DNA of 64,000 nucleotides from a virus (taxonomy: Duplodnaviria > Caudoviricetes). Position numbers and translations under genes: made by a program. Where the stretch lies: IMG/VR virus record IMGVR_UViG_3300046167_000724, one strand, 5' to 3'. Below are positions 1 through 8,984 of the stretch, in pieces; positions within the stretch are counted from its first letter, which is position 1; each line of letters begins with the position of its first letter. The notes below the pieces were generated by a model, which saw only the letters and a program-made list of their open reading frames with translations, did no database searches and was not told the origin of the DNA.

Positions 1-1
1 T

Positions 2-169
2 GTGCCATTTGATTCAACGGTGCATATTTATAGAACACTGTTCAAAGATTTCTTTGGTCGTGATGTTGATGCAAAAACCGATACAGCTTTAAAGGCATTG
101 AGTAAAGAACTTTGCGATAAAACATTAGATATTGACAAAGATAGATTCTTTTTAGATAAGGACGTTTAA
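2..169 (+). CDS. 3' end of a hypothetical protein (truncated by window edge)
   Basis: Open frame from base 2 to TAA 167-169 (...LDIDKDRFFLDKDV*), followed by a promoter motif. Confidence 0.5.
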   Translation: MPFDSTVHIYRTLFKDFFGRDVDAKTDTALKALSKELCDKTLDIDKDRFFLDKDV

Positions 170-198
170 TTGAAACATCAGTATGTCTATTTTATATA
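170..198 (+). promoter_or_regulatory. class II promoter (TTGAAAC-N~17-TATA[A/T])
   Basis: TTGAAACA...TATATAAATA upstream of ORF 205; motif recurs at more than 10 gene starts. Confidence 0.6.
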
Positions 199-204
199 AA
201 TAGC

Positions 205-1143
205 ATGGATGTGAAAAACACAATATCACCAATATTTTGTGGCGGTTTAGGTAATAACTTATTTCAAGCTGCCACCGCAATTTCATATGCAGAAGATATC
301 CAGTGCGACACTATATTTGGATATTGGACATCATACAATTCAAAGAATAAATTACCTGAAAATCATATAAGTGATTGGGCTGGATTACCTAATCCTTATT
401 TTGGTAAGAAGTGGGGTGGTTGGAAAACTAAAGACACTAGCGTTACCCTCAACACAATATTTCCAAAATTAAAATGGTTTGAGAATCCAGACCCAACGGT
501 TGATAGCCAATTTTCAACAACGAATGAAGAGTTCCATTGGAGTTTTGTTATTGATACTGGAACCGGTGGTGTTTATGAGCCTTTTAATTTTGGCCCAAAC
601 ACGCAGTTTTATGGCTATTTTTTTAATAAAAGATACTGGCATCACAATAGATCGATTATATTAGATAAACTCACGTATAATGAAAATGATGTAAAATACC
701 TTAAAGACACTTATCGTGAACTTTTAGATAAACAGCCTGTTTCAATAAATGTTAGAGTACAAGACCCTTCAATTCCGTCTGAACAAGAATTTTTTGATAG
801 AGGTGCTTATATTAACCAATCTGATTTTTTAGCAAAATCAATGGGTTTTTTTGGTAAAAGGCGCACATATCTAGTAACAACAAATAATATTGAATCAACT
901 AGATTTATATTTGATAATGATGATAGATTTACGGGATACTCTATAGAAATTATAGATGAAGATTTTCATAGACAGATGATGATTACATCAATGTGTAAAG
1001 ATCACATTTTAACAAATTCAACATTTTCGTTTTGGGCAATATATCTTAACCCAAATATCGAAACGTCTACAGTTATTTACAGTAAAACATTTGAAGAACA
1101 ACATTCAACTGAAATGATACCATATATGTGGATAAAAATATAA
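205..1143 (+). CDS. alpha-1,2-fucosyltransferase-like glycosyltransferase (GT11)
   Basis: GGLGNNLFQ N-terminal motif and C-terminal HILTNSTFSFWAIYLN motif typical of GT11. Confidence 0.8.
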   Translation: MDVKNTISPIFCGGLGNNLFQAATAISYAEDIQCDTIFGYWTSYNSKNKLPENHISDWAGLPNPYFGKKWGGWKTKDTSVTLNTIFPKLKWFENPDPTVDSQFSTTNEEFHWSFVIDTGTGGVYEPFNFGPNTQFYGYFFNKRYWHHNRSIILDKLTYNENDVKYLKDTYRELLDKQPVSINVRVQDPSIPSEQEFFDRGAYINQSDFLAKSMGFFGKRRTYLVTTNNIESTRFIFDNDDRFTGYSIEIIDEDFHRQMMITSMCKDHILTNSTFSFWAIYLNPNIETSTVIYSKTFEEQHSTEMIPYMWIKI

Positions 1144-1171
1144 ATTACGGTATTATGATTCAATATAACTA

Positions 1172-1202
1172 TTGAAACAAATTTAAAAACAGATTATATA
1201 AT
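1172..1202 (+). promoter_or_regulatory. class II promoter for tRNA-Gln/thioredoxin
   Basis: TTGAAACA-spacer-TATAAT directly upstream of the tRNA. Confidence 0.65.
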
Positions 1203-1215
1203 AATCAAATAAGGA

Positions 1216-1287
1216 TGTCCTGTGGTGTAATTGGCAACACTACGGTTTTTGGTACCGTCATTCTAGGTTCGAGTCCTAGCGGGATAA
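1216..1287 (+). tRNA. trnQ: tRNA-Gln (anticodon TTG)
   Basis: Acceptor stem TGTCCTG/CGGGATA, D-arm TGGTGTAATTGGCAACAC, anticodon stem ACGGT/ACCGT with loop TT-TTG-GT, T-arm CTAGGTTCGAGTCCTAG. CCA not encoded (followed by CAA). Confidence 0.93.
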
Positions 1288-1313
1288 CAATTTAATTAAA
1301 AATAATATAAATA

Positions 1314-1616
1314 ATGCTAGAATTAGAAAACGATAATTTAAACGAAGTACTATCATCAAATGAAAATGTATTTGTTATGTATGGTGCTTCATGGTGCGGC
1401 GCATGTAAAATGTCAAAGCCAAAAGTAAATAGACTTGCGGGTGAAAATCAGTCTGTTCAATTTGTATATGTTGACGCAGAGCATATGATCGATTCAAGAG
1501 AATTAGCGGGCAAGCTTTCAAACCTTCCAACATTTGTAGCATTTAAGAATGGCGAGGTTATTGAAAAAGAACCGGGTACTAAATCAATTGAAAAAGTATT
1601 AAACGTATTTAAATAA
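1314..1616 (+). CDS. thioredoxin family protein
   Basis: YGASWCGAC CxxC active site and LPTF cis-Pro motif, 100 aa. Confidence 0.85.
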   Translation: MLELENDNLNEVLSSNENVFVMYGASWCGACKMSKPKVNRLAGENQSVQFVYVDAEHMIDSRELAGKLSNLPTFVAFKNGEVIEKEPGTKSIEKVLNVFK

Positions 1617-1621
1617 TATGC

Positions 1622-1630
1622 GATATATAA
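1622..1630 (+). promoter_or_regulatory. class III (late-type) promoter GATATATAA
   Basis: Recurring GATATATAA box, similar to T4 late TATAAATA, upstream of ORF 1658. Confidence 0.45.
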
Positions 1631-1657
1631 ACAAAATAAAATTAACAATAAACTAAA

Positions 1658-2503
1658 ATGGCAGACTTAAGAAAACCAGTATTCTTTTCAACCGCAACAT
1701 CGGTTGCTGGTTGTACAAAAATAGCAGATGGCTTATTTCAATATGATGAAGTAGGGCCGGCTCCAACAGAAATAATTAACGGATTAGGTGTAATGCCACC
1801 AGAAGAATCTGTAGGTAAATATCAAATTTGGTCAGATACTTATACATTAGGTATGACTGATGCTGTAAGTGCAAGACCTGTATTTTACGCAGCTGATATA
1901 GATGATTTAAATGATATTTTAGTCGGTGTAAATACTATTGCATCAAGGTTAGGATTAGCTAGATACACAGATCCAAATGATGGAAGAACTTGGTTAGAAG
2001 GTATTTCAGAAGTTTATGTTCATGCAGTTGACGCTTTACCAGCAGACCCTAATGTTTGTGACCCTAACGTATTAAATGCATTTAGCGGTGGTTCTGGACC
2101 TGGTAATGTCGCAGGTTTATATCAAGTTAACAGATTTGTTACTAAAATAAATGACGGTAATGCATATGAATTCGATACTCTTATAGGAACTAAAACAAGA
2201 GCATGTACTCTTGAATATCTTGAAGAAAGATATACGGGCGGATATGCAGCTGCAGTAGGTGGTACTCACTGGGGTGATTGGTCAAATAATACCGCAATAT
2301 ACACAACTAATACTGGCTGGAACGCACTTCCAGTAGTTGGTGATGTAATCTATAGAGATAATACAGGTTCTGATTACTTTGGTGCTGGTGGTTTCTTATG
2401 GCAAAACACATCTTATCAAATGAATACTGACAGTAGAGCGTTTAACTGGATTACAGTTGGTGCAAATGGTGTAGTAACTAATGTTGAAGAGCTTAACTTC
2501 TAA
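1658..2503 (+). CDS. hypothetical protein, possibly virion-associated
   Basis: 281-aa G/T/N/D-rich ORF behind a late-type box; no recognised family. Confidence 0.6.
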   Translation: MADLRKPVFFSTATSVAGCTKIADGLFQYDEVGPAPTEIINGLGVMPPEESVGKYQIWSDTYTLGMTDAVSARPVFYAADIDDLNDILVGVNTIASRLGLARYTDPNDGRTWLEGISEVYVHAVDALPADPNVCDPNVLNAFSGGSGPGNVAGLYQVNRFVTKINDGNAYEFDTLIGTKTRACTLEYLEERYTGGYAAAVGGTHWGDWSNNTAIYTTNTGWNALPVVGDVIYRDNTGSDYFGAGGFLWQNTSYQMNTDSRAFNWITVGANGVVTNVEELNF

Positions 2504-2530
2504 TAAAGTTAAAACTTTTTTGAAAATAAA

Positions 2531-2563
2531 AGCCCAAACATTTTTTTGTTTGGGTTTTTTTTT
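2531..2563 (+). terminator. intrinsic terminator
   Basis: AGCCCAAACA/TGTTTGGGTT hairpin followed by a T run. Confidence 0.7.
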
Positions 2564-2586
2564 GTATATTAGTATTGTAATTAAAG
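2561..2586 (+). promoter_or_regulatory. class I (early-type) promoter, degenerate copy
   Basis: TTTGTATATTAGTATTGTAATTAAA resembles the consensus TTGC(C)TATATTTA-N-TGTAATYAA. Confidence 0.5.
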
Positions 2587-2595
2587 ATAAAGCAT

Positions 2596-2901
2596 ATGAA
2601 AATGTTTAAGAAAAACGGGAAAGTAGGTGTTATCATTAGCACTGGATTTGGTGCTGGATTTAGCACTTGGAACGATCGTAATATGGCAATCGACTTTGAT
2701 TTAGTCGAAGCATTCCTAAAAGGAGATATGACTCGCTTTAAGTACATTGCTGACGAAAAGTACGGTGATTGGTACGATGGTGGAACTGTCAGTCTTAAAG
2801 TTGAATGGGTTCCTGAAGGAAGTCGCTTTATGATTGAAGAATACGATGGCCGCGAAAGCCTTGTAATCTTAGACGATGCAAACACATTTATAGCACAATA
2901 A
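2596..2901 (+). CDS. conserved phage hypothetical protein
   Basis: 101-aa ORF with GFGAGFSTWN motif. Confidence 0.7.
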   Translation: MKMFKKNGKVGVIISTGFGAGFSTWNDRNMAIDFDLVEAFLKGDMTRFKYIADEKYGDWYDGGTVSLKVEWVPEGSRFMIEEYDGRESLVILDDANTFIAQ

Positions 2902-2902
2902 T

Positions 2903-3355
2903 ATGGCAAAAATAGTAATTTTCGATTTAGATGGCACGTTAGCCCTAATCGATAAGCGCAGGGCCAAAGCGGCCTTGCCGAATGGTAAAATGGATTGGGA
3001 CCAATTCTTTGCACCGGAGAACATTCAATTGGACGAGCCGAACTGGCCAGTGATTGAAAGCTTCAAAGCAATGGAAGCGGCAGGATTCACTGTTGGCATC
3101 TTTAGTGGCCGTGACGACATTAGTCGGAAGGAAACTATAGATTGGTTGACACAGCATGGTATTGACCCAAACTTCTTGAAAATGCGCAAGCATCGCACAT
3201 TTACACCTGACGATAAGTTAAAGAAAATGTGGTTAGATGAAGTTCTTGCATTAGGTCATGAAGTGATGTGTGTCTTTGACGACAGAGACAAAGTAGTAAA
3301 AATGTGGCGTGACAATGGCATTAGCTGTTTTCAAGTGGCGCCGGGTGAATTTTAA
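2903..3355 (+). CDS. HAD-family phosphatase similar to the 3'-phosphatase domain of T4 polynucleotide kinase
   Basis: DLDGTLA motif I, FSGR motif II, VFDDR motif IV. Confidence 0.8.
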   Translation: MAKIVIFDLDGTLALIDKRRAKAALPNGKMDWDQFFAPENIQLDEPNWPVIESFKAMEAAGFTVGIFSGRDDISRKETIDWLTQHGIDPNFLKMRKHRTFTPDDKLKKMWLDEVLALGHEVMCVFDDRDKVVKMWRDNGISCFQVAPGEF

Positions 3356-3358
3356 GTT

Positions 3359-3580
3359 ATGGTAGAGATAGTCGGCTATATTGCAACATTCCTTGTAATG
3401 CTTTCATTCATGATGAAGAACGTTACAAGATTGAGAATCATCAACGCGATTGGTTGTGCAACGTGGATTCTATATGGGTTCATGTTGGACAGCAATCCAG
3501 TGATTGTGACTAACGTAGGTATCTTGGCAATCAACTCAGGACACTTACTTAGAAATTATTTGAATAAGGGGTCAAAATAA
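3359..3580 (+). CDS. YgjV-like small inner-membrane protein
   Basis: Three hydrophobic segments; GYIA..SFMM...LRIIN..G..W..YG pattern. Confidence 0.65.
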   Translation: MVEIVGYIATFLVMLSFMMKNVTRLRIINAIGCATWILYGFMLDSNPVIVTNVGILAINSGHLLRNYLNKGSK

Positions 3581-3598
3581 TTGACCCTTTATTTTTTT
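3566..3598 (+). terminator. intrinsic terminator
   Basis: GGGTCAA/TTGACCC hairpin followed by a T run. Confidence 0.65.
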
Positions 3599-3636
3599 AT
3601 GTCAAATCTTTTTGCTATATTTATAGAGTAATTAAA
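3592..3636 (+). promoter_or_regulatory. class I (early-type) promoter
   Basis: TTTTTTTATGTCAAATCTTTTTGCTATATTTATAGAGTAATTAAA; near-identical to the minus-strand copy at 62097-62138. Confidence 0.75.
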
Positions 3637-3646
3637 GACAAGACCT

Positions 3647-3814
3647 ATGAAAGTGTTTAGAGTTTATTTTGAATGGAGCTATGAAGGCCCAGGATTAGAT
3701 GACATGAAATTGTTCTTCAAAGAAGAAGATGCTCGTGAGTATGCTACTAAATTAGAGGCAGAGAATGCTAAATATGCTGGTGAGGTAATAATCGACGAAA
3801 CAATAATAGAGTAA
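3647..3814 (+). CDS. small hypothetical protein (55 aa, not in ORF track)
   Basis: ATG..TAA frame MKVFRVYFEWSYEG... directly after a class I promoter. Confidence 0.65.
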   Translation: MKVFRVYFEWSYEGPGLDDMKLFFKEEDAREYATKLEAENAKYAGEVIIDETIIE

Positions 3815-3826
3815 AAGATAAAGCTT

Positions 3827-4120
3827 ATGAAAGTTAAAATCAATGTAAACGCACAACGTTACGAGAACTATGGATTTCACGAAGGTAATGAATACTGGAA
3901 GCCGAAAGGTGGAACCCTGTTCGTTATTGAAGATGTCGATGTCGACGATGTTACATATTCATGGCAAGAGCAAATCGTTGCAGCGATTAAAGAGCAGTTA
4001 GAGGTAAACTCTAATGACTTAGAGAAGTTCGAGTATATTGACCACGAAGTTATCTTCAGTGAAGCGAAGATTGCAGGTGTTGACTTCTCAGATTCGTTAA
4101 GTAAGTTGATGAATATGTAA
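3827..4120 (+). CDS. hypothetical protein
   Basis: 97-aa ORF in co-directional run. Confidence 0.7.
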   Translation: MKVKINVNAQRYENYGFHEGNEYWKPKGGTLFVIEDVDVDDVTYSWQEQIVAAIKEQLEVNSNDLEKFEYIDHEVIFSEAKIAGVDFSDSLSKLMNM

Positions 4121-4151
4121 TTGAAACAAAGTCAACTATTTAAAGTATAAT
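4121..4151 (+). promoter_or_regulatory. class II promoter
   Basis: TTGAAACA...TATAAT 8 nt before ATG 4159. Confidence 0.65.
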
Positions 4152-4158
4152 ATTTAAA

Positions 4159-4842
4159 ATGAAAATTTGGCATATAAGTGATACACACACATTCCATGAC
4201 TTACTAGAAATACCTGAAGGTATTGATATGGTAATTCATAGTGGTGATTGTAGTAATCCAAGAGATCCATATAATAATGAACCTGAAGTTAGAAATTTTA
4301 TAGATTGGTTTGCTGATTTACCCATACATTATAAAGTATTTGTAGCTGGTAATCACGATACAAGTATTGAGAAAGGATTGGTTACCAAATCAGATTTTAA
4401 TGATCGTGGTATTCACTATATTGAAAATGAAAATATTGAAATAGAAGGCTTGAAAATATTTGGTTCACCTTACACTCCAACATTTGGATATGGTTGGTCG
4501 TTCAATAAGGATAGAAATAAATTAGAACGAATATGGAGAAAGGCCATTGATGAAGATGTTGATATTGTTATTGTACACGGACCTCCAAAAGGTATGTTAG
4601 ATTTATCTTATGATAGAGTTGGTAGTATGGAGCATTGTGGTGACAAATCATTATTGAATAGAGTTATAGAAGTAAATCCTAAATTTATGATGTTTGGACA
4701 CATCCATAACTGCAATGATATTATCAATGCAGGTACTAGAACAATACCAGGATTAGATACAATATTCTCAAATGGTTCCGTGGTTACTGATGGTAAGTTT
4801 GGTAGATTGAGTAGTCAAGGAAATATATTTGAAATTATATGA
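4159..4842 (+). CDS. calcineurin-like metallophosphoesterase
   Basis: SDTH, HSGD, AGNHD, HGPP and GHIH motifs. Confidence 0.9.
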   Translation: MKIWHISDTHTFHDLLEIPEGIDMVIHSGDCSNPRDPYNNEPEVRNFIDWFADLPIHYKVFVAGNHDTSIEKGLVTKSDFNDRGIHYIENENIEIEGLKIFGSPYTPTFGYGWSFNKDRNKLERIWRKAIDEDVDIVIVHGPPKGMLDLSYDRVGSMEHCGDKSLLNRVIEVNPKFMMFGHIHNCNDIINAGTRTIPGLDTIFSNGSVVTDGKFGRLSSQGNIFEII

Positions 4843-5195
4843 GCAAAATAAAACAAACTAAAATACCAATGACATTAATTGAAGATAATGTATTGAAGAT
4901 TGCTGTTGAACAAGGAGTAATTGAAAATGAATATAATTGGAAGTTAGTTCGTGAACGAGATGATTTAACTAAACATTCAGTTGATGTTATGTGGATTGAA
5001 TTTAATGATGAAGGTCGTTTTGAATCCAAACACGATGAACCTGCTATTGGTAGGAGTTTAATTATGTCTCCATTTAATCAATTCTTTACTTGGCAGACAA
5101 CTACTATTACTGAAATTGTAGAACAACGAGAGGACTATATTAAATTTAAAACAGAGAATAGTAATTACGAGTTATTTAAAACAAAAGAGAAATGA
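4839..5195 (+). CDS. hypothetical protein
   Basis: 118-aa ORF with ATGA overlap. Confidence 0.7.
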   Translation: MSKIKQTKIPMTLIEDNVLKIAVEQGVIENEYNWKLVRERDDLTKHSVDVMWIEFNDEGRFESKHDEPAIGRSLIMSPFNQFFTWQTTTITEIVEQREDYIKFKTENSNYELFKTKEK

Positions 5196-5422
5196 AAGCA
5201 ACGTTAGAGTTTAATCTACCCGAAGATAAAGTTGATTTCGACCTTGCACTTCAAGGCAGTGATTGGAAGCACGTGTGTTGGGAGATGGACCAATTACTTC
5301 GTAAACATCTCAAGTACGATGATGACCTCAAAGAGGATGAAGTTAAGATGTTACAATACGTTAGAGATGAGTTTCATCAATTCATGATTGATAATAACCT
5401 AGACTTATACACAGCAGAATAA
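5192..5422 (+). CDS. hypothetical protein
   Basis: 76-aa ORF with ATGA overlap (MKATLEFNLPED start). Confidence 0.7.
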   Translation: MKATLEFNLPEDKVDFDLALQGSDWKHVCWEMDQLLRKHLKYDDDLKEDEVKMLQYVRDEFHQFMIDNNLDLYTAE

Positions 5423-5568
5423 TGAAAGTAGACGAAGAAGGTTACCAATACTGTCAAAGTTGTAAGAAAGAGACGTTGCACATACCAAAGTTATCATTGA
5501 CTTTTGAAGGTAAGAGGCTTTGTTCAGTTTGCAGAATTTCAAACTATATAGACAAACATTATGAGTAA
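5422..5568 (+). CDS. small zinc-ribbon protein (48 aa, not in ORF track)
   Basis: CQSC...CSVC pair, start overlaps the upstream stop. Confidence 0.55.
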   Translation: MKVDEEGYQYCQSCKKETLHIPKLSLTFEGKRLCSVCRISNYIDKHYE

Positions 5569-5710
5569 GGTAAATGAACACGACCACGAAATCTACAACA
5601 TGATTCGTAATACGTTTCATTCACAAAGCGGTTTCTTTCTCTCCAAGACTGAATCTTACGAAGTAATGTTAAAGGTCAAAGAGGCAATTAATAAAAGAGA
5701 AATGAAATGA
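5561..5710 (+). CDS. small hypothetical protein (49 aa)
   Basis: MSKVNEHDHEIYNMIRN...KREMK*, coupled to the previous ORF. Confidence 0.5.
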   Translation: MSKVNEHDHEIYNMIRNTFHSQSGFFLSKTESYEVMLKVKEAINKREMK

Positions 5711-5838
5711 GGGAGTGGTGCGTGAAGCTGTAGTTGTTGGCGGTGCTAAAAGGATGAAAAAGGGTTAGTAGTAATCCGAGTACAAGCAAACCAACAATCA
5801 GTAACCCCGAAAGACCCGAAACCACTCCCTCATTTCAT
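5702..5838 (+). other. inverted-repeat-bounded structured element (possible ncRNA)
   Basis: Perfect 18-bp inverted repeat 5702-5719/5821-5838 enclosing nested stems TTGTTGG/CCAACAA and GGAT/ATCC. Confidence 0.55.
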
Positions 5839-5887
5839 AATAAAATATTTTAACACCAACAGACCAATGGTCTAAAAATTATTTATA

Positions 5888-6166
5888 ATGAGTTTATTAG
5901 CAGGCTTAAGTTTAGTTTTAGGATTAGTAGTATTGACAGTTGTAGTCCTTTATTTGTTTGAATACACTAAAGAGTTTCCAATGGCTCTTGTAGGAGTAAT
6001 GATGATTGGAGACCTTTTAGTAGCAGGAACATGGTACTATATCGGTGCTGAGTTTGTTACTGATGTACCTAAGTTTAAGTTAGGTATTAGCATTGCCTTT
6101 GCAGTAATGTCTTTTGCAAGAGCTTTAACATTCTTTGTTCAAGGTAAAAAGAAAGGCTGGATATGA
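5888..6166 (+). CDS. membrane protein
   Basis: Three hydrophobic helices, basic C-terminus. Confidence 0.7.
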   Translation: MSLLAGLSLVLGLVVLTVVVLYLFEYTKEFPMALVGVMMIGDLLVAGTWYYIGAEFVTDVPKFKLGISIAFAVMSFARALTFFVQGKKKGWI

Positions 6167-6284
6167 AAGTAGAAGTAATCGTTAGCACTTTACAGAAGGC
6201 TTATAAAGCAACTGATGACGAAGCACTAAAGTTAGAAATAAAATACATGATCGAAGATTTGATGATGTACAAACAAGTTATAAT

Positions 6285-6767
6285 ATGACAACATACACAA
6301 ACCGTTACGGAGACGTTTTCACATTCGAGTTTGACAAAGACAAGAATGTAATTTGGAAAGGCAACTTTAACCATGCAAGGTTCGGCATGCCTAATGACTA
6401 CAAAAGAGCTTACGAGGCTTATTGTAAAGATGTGGGCTCTCAAGGCGAGCATCCCATGCATATCGAAAGCTTTAAAGAAGAAGTCCATGCATCAGTCTAT
6501 GATGAGAACGATAGATGGGTTAGCAGAAGTGAAATCGGTGCAAAGTACGGTGACCTTGTAGATACGGCTGACTACATCAATATGGTGGACCCTTCAGGTG
6601 GTCCTTACTTAAAAGAGCATATGCCGTTAAGTATTATAGGTCTTGAAGGTGCTGAAGACAGAGCTATTGGCAGATTCGTATCTATTGAAGAGGGTTACAA
6701 AATCATCACATATGGTAAGTATGACCATTTAGCAGACAGTGAAACAATTGGTGGATTAACCGTATAA
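6285..6767 (+). CDS. conserved phage hypothetical protein
   Basis: 160-aa ORF with NRYGD and VDPSGGPY motifs. Confidence 0.7.
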   Translation: MTTYTNRYGDVFTFEFDKDKNVIWKGNFNHARFGMPNDYKRAYEAYCKDVGSQGEHPMHIESFKEEVHASVYDENDRWVSRSEIGAKYGDLVDTADYINMVDPSGGPYLKEHMPLSIIGLEGAEDRAIGRFVSIEEGYKIITYGKYDHLADSETIGGLTV

Positions 6768-6791
6768 CTATTAAATAAAATTAAGTAAACT

Positions 6792-7073
6792 ATGGCAACT
6801 TTTAAAGTATTAGAAGAAGCGTACGAAAGAGACTCATCTATTTTGTACCAAGGTAAAGTAGAATTTGAAGGTCAAGAAGTAATGTATCGTTACTACGAAG
6901 ACAACAACGGCGCAGAGGCATTCGTTTTTGTAGAAGGTGAAGGTTGGGTAACAGAACATCCGTTTCTTCCTGTTCTCATGGCAACCGTTTCAGAGTGGGG
7001 TTCACCTTATGAATTCGGTTCAGTTAATGAAGAATGTGATATCGATGACGAACTAGTAGAAGATTATATTTAA
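6792..7073 (+). CDS. acidic hypothetical protein
   Basis: 93-aa ORF. Confidence 0.65.
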   Translation: MATFKVLEEAYERDSSILYQGKVEFEGQEVMYRYYEDNNGAEAFVFVEGEGWVTEHPFLPVLMATVSEWGSPYEFGSVNEECDIDDELVEDYI

Positions 7074-7097
7074 TCTTGTATTAACAAAGATAAGCAT

Positions 7098-7688
7098 ATG
7101 AAAAATTTAATAGTTATTGCACACCCAGACCAGAATTCGTTCTGCTATAATGGTATCTACAAGACCATTCTATCTGAGTTAGAAAATGCAGGCGAAGAGG
7201 TAGAGGTGGCAGATTTATATGCTGATAGCTTTGCAAGACCAAGAACTGATGTTATCGATAGATACAAAGATTTAGTTACATGGTCAGATAGAATCTATTT
7301 TGTATCGCCGGTCTGGTGGTTTAGATTAACACCAAGGATGGAAGTCTTCTTCGATGAGGTATTTGCACCTGGTTTTGCATATAAGTTTGTACCGGTTATC
7401 GGTAAGTATGCTTACCCTAAACCTTTCTTAAAAGATAAGAAGGTTAGAACTTATATCACACATGGTGCACCGTCACTTCCAGTTGTAACGCTTTACCTTA
7501 ATTCAGTTAAATTAAGATTAGTGATGGGTGTTTATACGTTTGTATTCGGCTGGTCACCTTCAAGATGGTTAAAGACAAAGCAATTCTGGTCAGTGCCATT
7601 TGTATCTGATGAGGTTCGTGCAAAATACTTAAGTAGAGTTTCTAAGGATGTCCAACGAGATATAAAAAAACACAAAGCCTTTTCGTGA
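7098..7688 (+). CDS. flavodoxin-fold NAD(P)H:quinone oxidoreductase
   Basis: IAHP..SF start, P(V)WWF..P...FDEVF..GFAY, THGAP motifs. Confidence 0.88.
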   Translation: MKNLIVIAHPDQNSFCYNGIYKTILSELENAGEEVEVADLYADSFARPRTDVIDRYKDLVTWSDRIYFVSPVWWFRLTPRMEVFFDEVFAPGFAYKFVPVIGKYAYPKPFLKDKKVRTYITHGAPSLPVVTLYLNSVKLRLVMGVYTFVFGWSPSRWLKTKQFWSVPFVSDEVRAKYLSRVSKDVQRDIKKHKAFS

Positions 7689-7927
7689 TCGAGTTTAACG
7701 AAGAAGACATTAATAGAATTATAGAGATGGCTTGGGAAGATAGAACACCTTTCGAGGCCATCTTTTTCCAGTATGGTCTAAAAGAGAATGACGTTAGAGA
7801 ATTGATGAGAACTCACATGACTGAAAACTCTTTTAAGATGTGGCGTAAAAGAGTTAAGGGTCGTAAGACAAAGCATATTATTAACTCAACATCAACTAGA
7901 TTCAAGAGCAAGAACCAACGTTTTTGA
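7685..7927 (+). CDS. TIGR03643/DUF2805-like protein
   Basis: MAWEDRTPFEAI...SFKMWRKRV.GRKTKH signature. Confidence 0.8.
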   Translation: MIEFNEEDINRIIEMAWEDRTPFEAIFFQYGLKENDVRELMRTHMTENSFKMWRKRVKGRKTKHIINSTSTRFKSKNQRF

Positions 7928-7953
7928 AACAAATGAATTAATATTTATATAAA
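7924..7953 (+). promoter_or_regulatory. class II promoter
   Basis: TTGAAACA-N-TATAAA before ATG 7958. Confidence 0.55.
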
Positions 7954-7957
7954 CAAT

Positions 7958-8143
7958 ATGAAAAGTTTAACACCTAGAAATCCAAAAGATAATTCTAATT
8001 CTGAGTTTGGACATGCTAAAGAATGGAATCCTAAAGACTGGCAAGGCCGTAATAAATCACAAGTTGAAGGTGCTTATAAAATTAATGCAACTATCATGTT
8101 AATTCTAGCAGTAACGGTAGTTCTCATATCAATACTCGCATGA
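7958..8143 (+). CDS. small protein with C-terminal membrane anchor
   Basis: 61 aa, hydrophobic C-terminus. Confidence 0.55.
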   Translation: MKSLTPRNPKDNSNSEFGHAKEWNPKDWQGRNKSQVEGAYKINATIMLILAVTVVLISILA

Positions 8144-8619
8144 TGTATAAAGTAAAAAACTTTTTAAGAAAGTTAAGTAGATTTATTGAATGGGTTCCGG
8201 TCATTTGGAAAGGCGATGATTATGATTACAAGTACAGCATCGATGTTTTCAGGTATCAACTAGAGCGCACTGCAAAGTACATTAAAAGCAATGGCCACCT
8301 TGAAAATGGCGAACTAGTTGTTTTGCAAATCAGAACAGCAATAGACTTGATTGATAATACTTATGGTGGTGGTTATCAAGATGAAGCTGAACAGCAGTTT
8401 ACAAGGCAGTACGGTGAATGTGATGTTGTATTTAGTGAATTCGATGATGATAATTTTGAAATCGGGTTTAAGTGGGAATCTGCGCAAGATTTCGACCATA
8501 ACGAAGAGATTAACGACCTACACACAGCACATATGATCGCCGCGTACAATAAAACGCAACGAGACAAAGAAGTGCTTTGGAAATATATTAACAAACACAT
8601 AGATACATGGTGGGATTAA
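8140..8619 (+). CDS. conserved phage hypothetical protein
   Basis: W.PVIW..D.YDY start and WWD end. Confidence 0.7.
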   Translation: MMYKVKNFLRKLSRFIEWVPVIWKGDDYDYKYSIDVFRYQLERTAKYIKSNGHLENGELVVLQIRTAIDLIDNTYGGGYQDEAEQQFTRQYGECDVVFSEFDDDNFEIGFKWESAQDFDHNEEINDLHTAHMIAAYNKTQRDKEVLWKYINKHIDTWWD

Positions 8620-8777
8620 TGAATGTTGCGGTTATAGCACTATTAGTGTTTACAGCCGCGTCAACAATAGTACAGATTGGTCTTTTAGTTTACCTAATTA
8701 AGAACCGAAATAAAGCAAAAGCAGAATAAACATTCTGCTTTTTTTACATATAATAATAAACTATAAATTTCAAATAA

Positions 8778-8984
8778 ATGAATACAAAATTAATAGAAAT
8801 GTTAAAGGCGAGTGCAGAAGCAGATAAGGCAAAGGCACTTTTAACACTAGACCTATTAGGTAACCAAGCTGCAGGTATTGGTGACCATTCAACTAAAGAT
8901 TTTTACGATAACGCAGAAGAAGCTTTGACAATGTTGGTTGATGCAGATGACCGTTTATCAGCACTTGAAAGATATTTCGCATAA
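8778..8984 (+). CDS. conserved hypothetical protein
   Basis: 68-aa helical ORF with GIGDHS motif. Confidence 0.7.
   Translation: MNTKLIEMLKASAEADKAKALLTLDLLGNQAAGIGDHSTKDFYDNAEEALTMLVDADDRLSALERYFA

Noticed and set aside
5702-5838. Hammerhead ribozyme, SECIS or retron msr-msd reading
   Set aside because: GAAAC is present but CUGANGA core is missing; TGA read-through meets another stop within five codons; no reverse transcriptase in the window.
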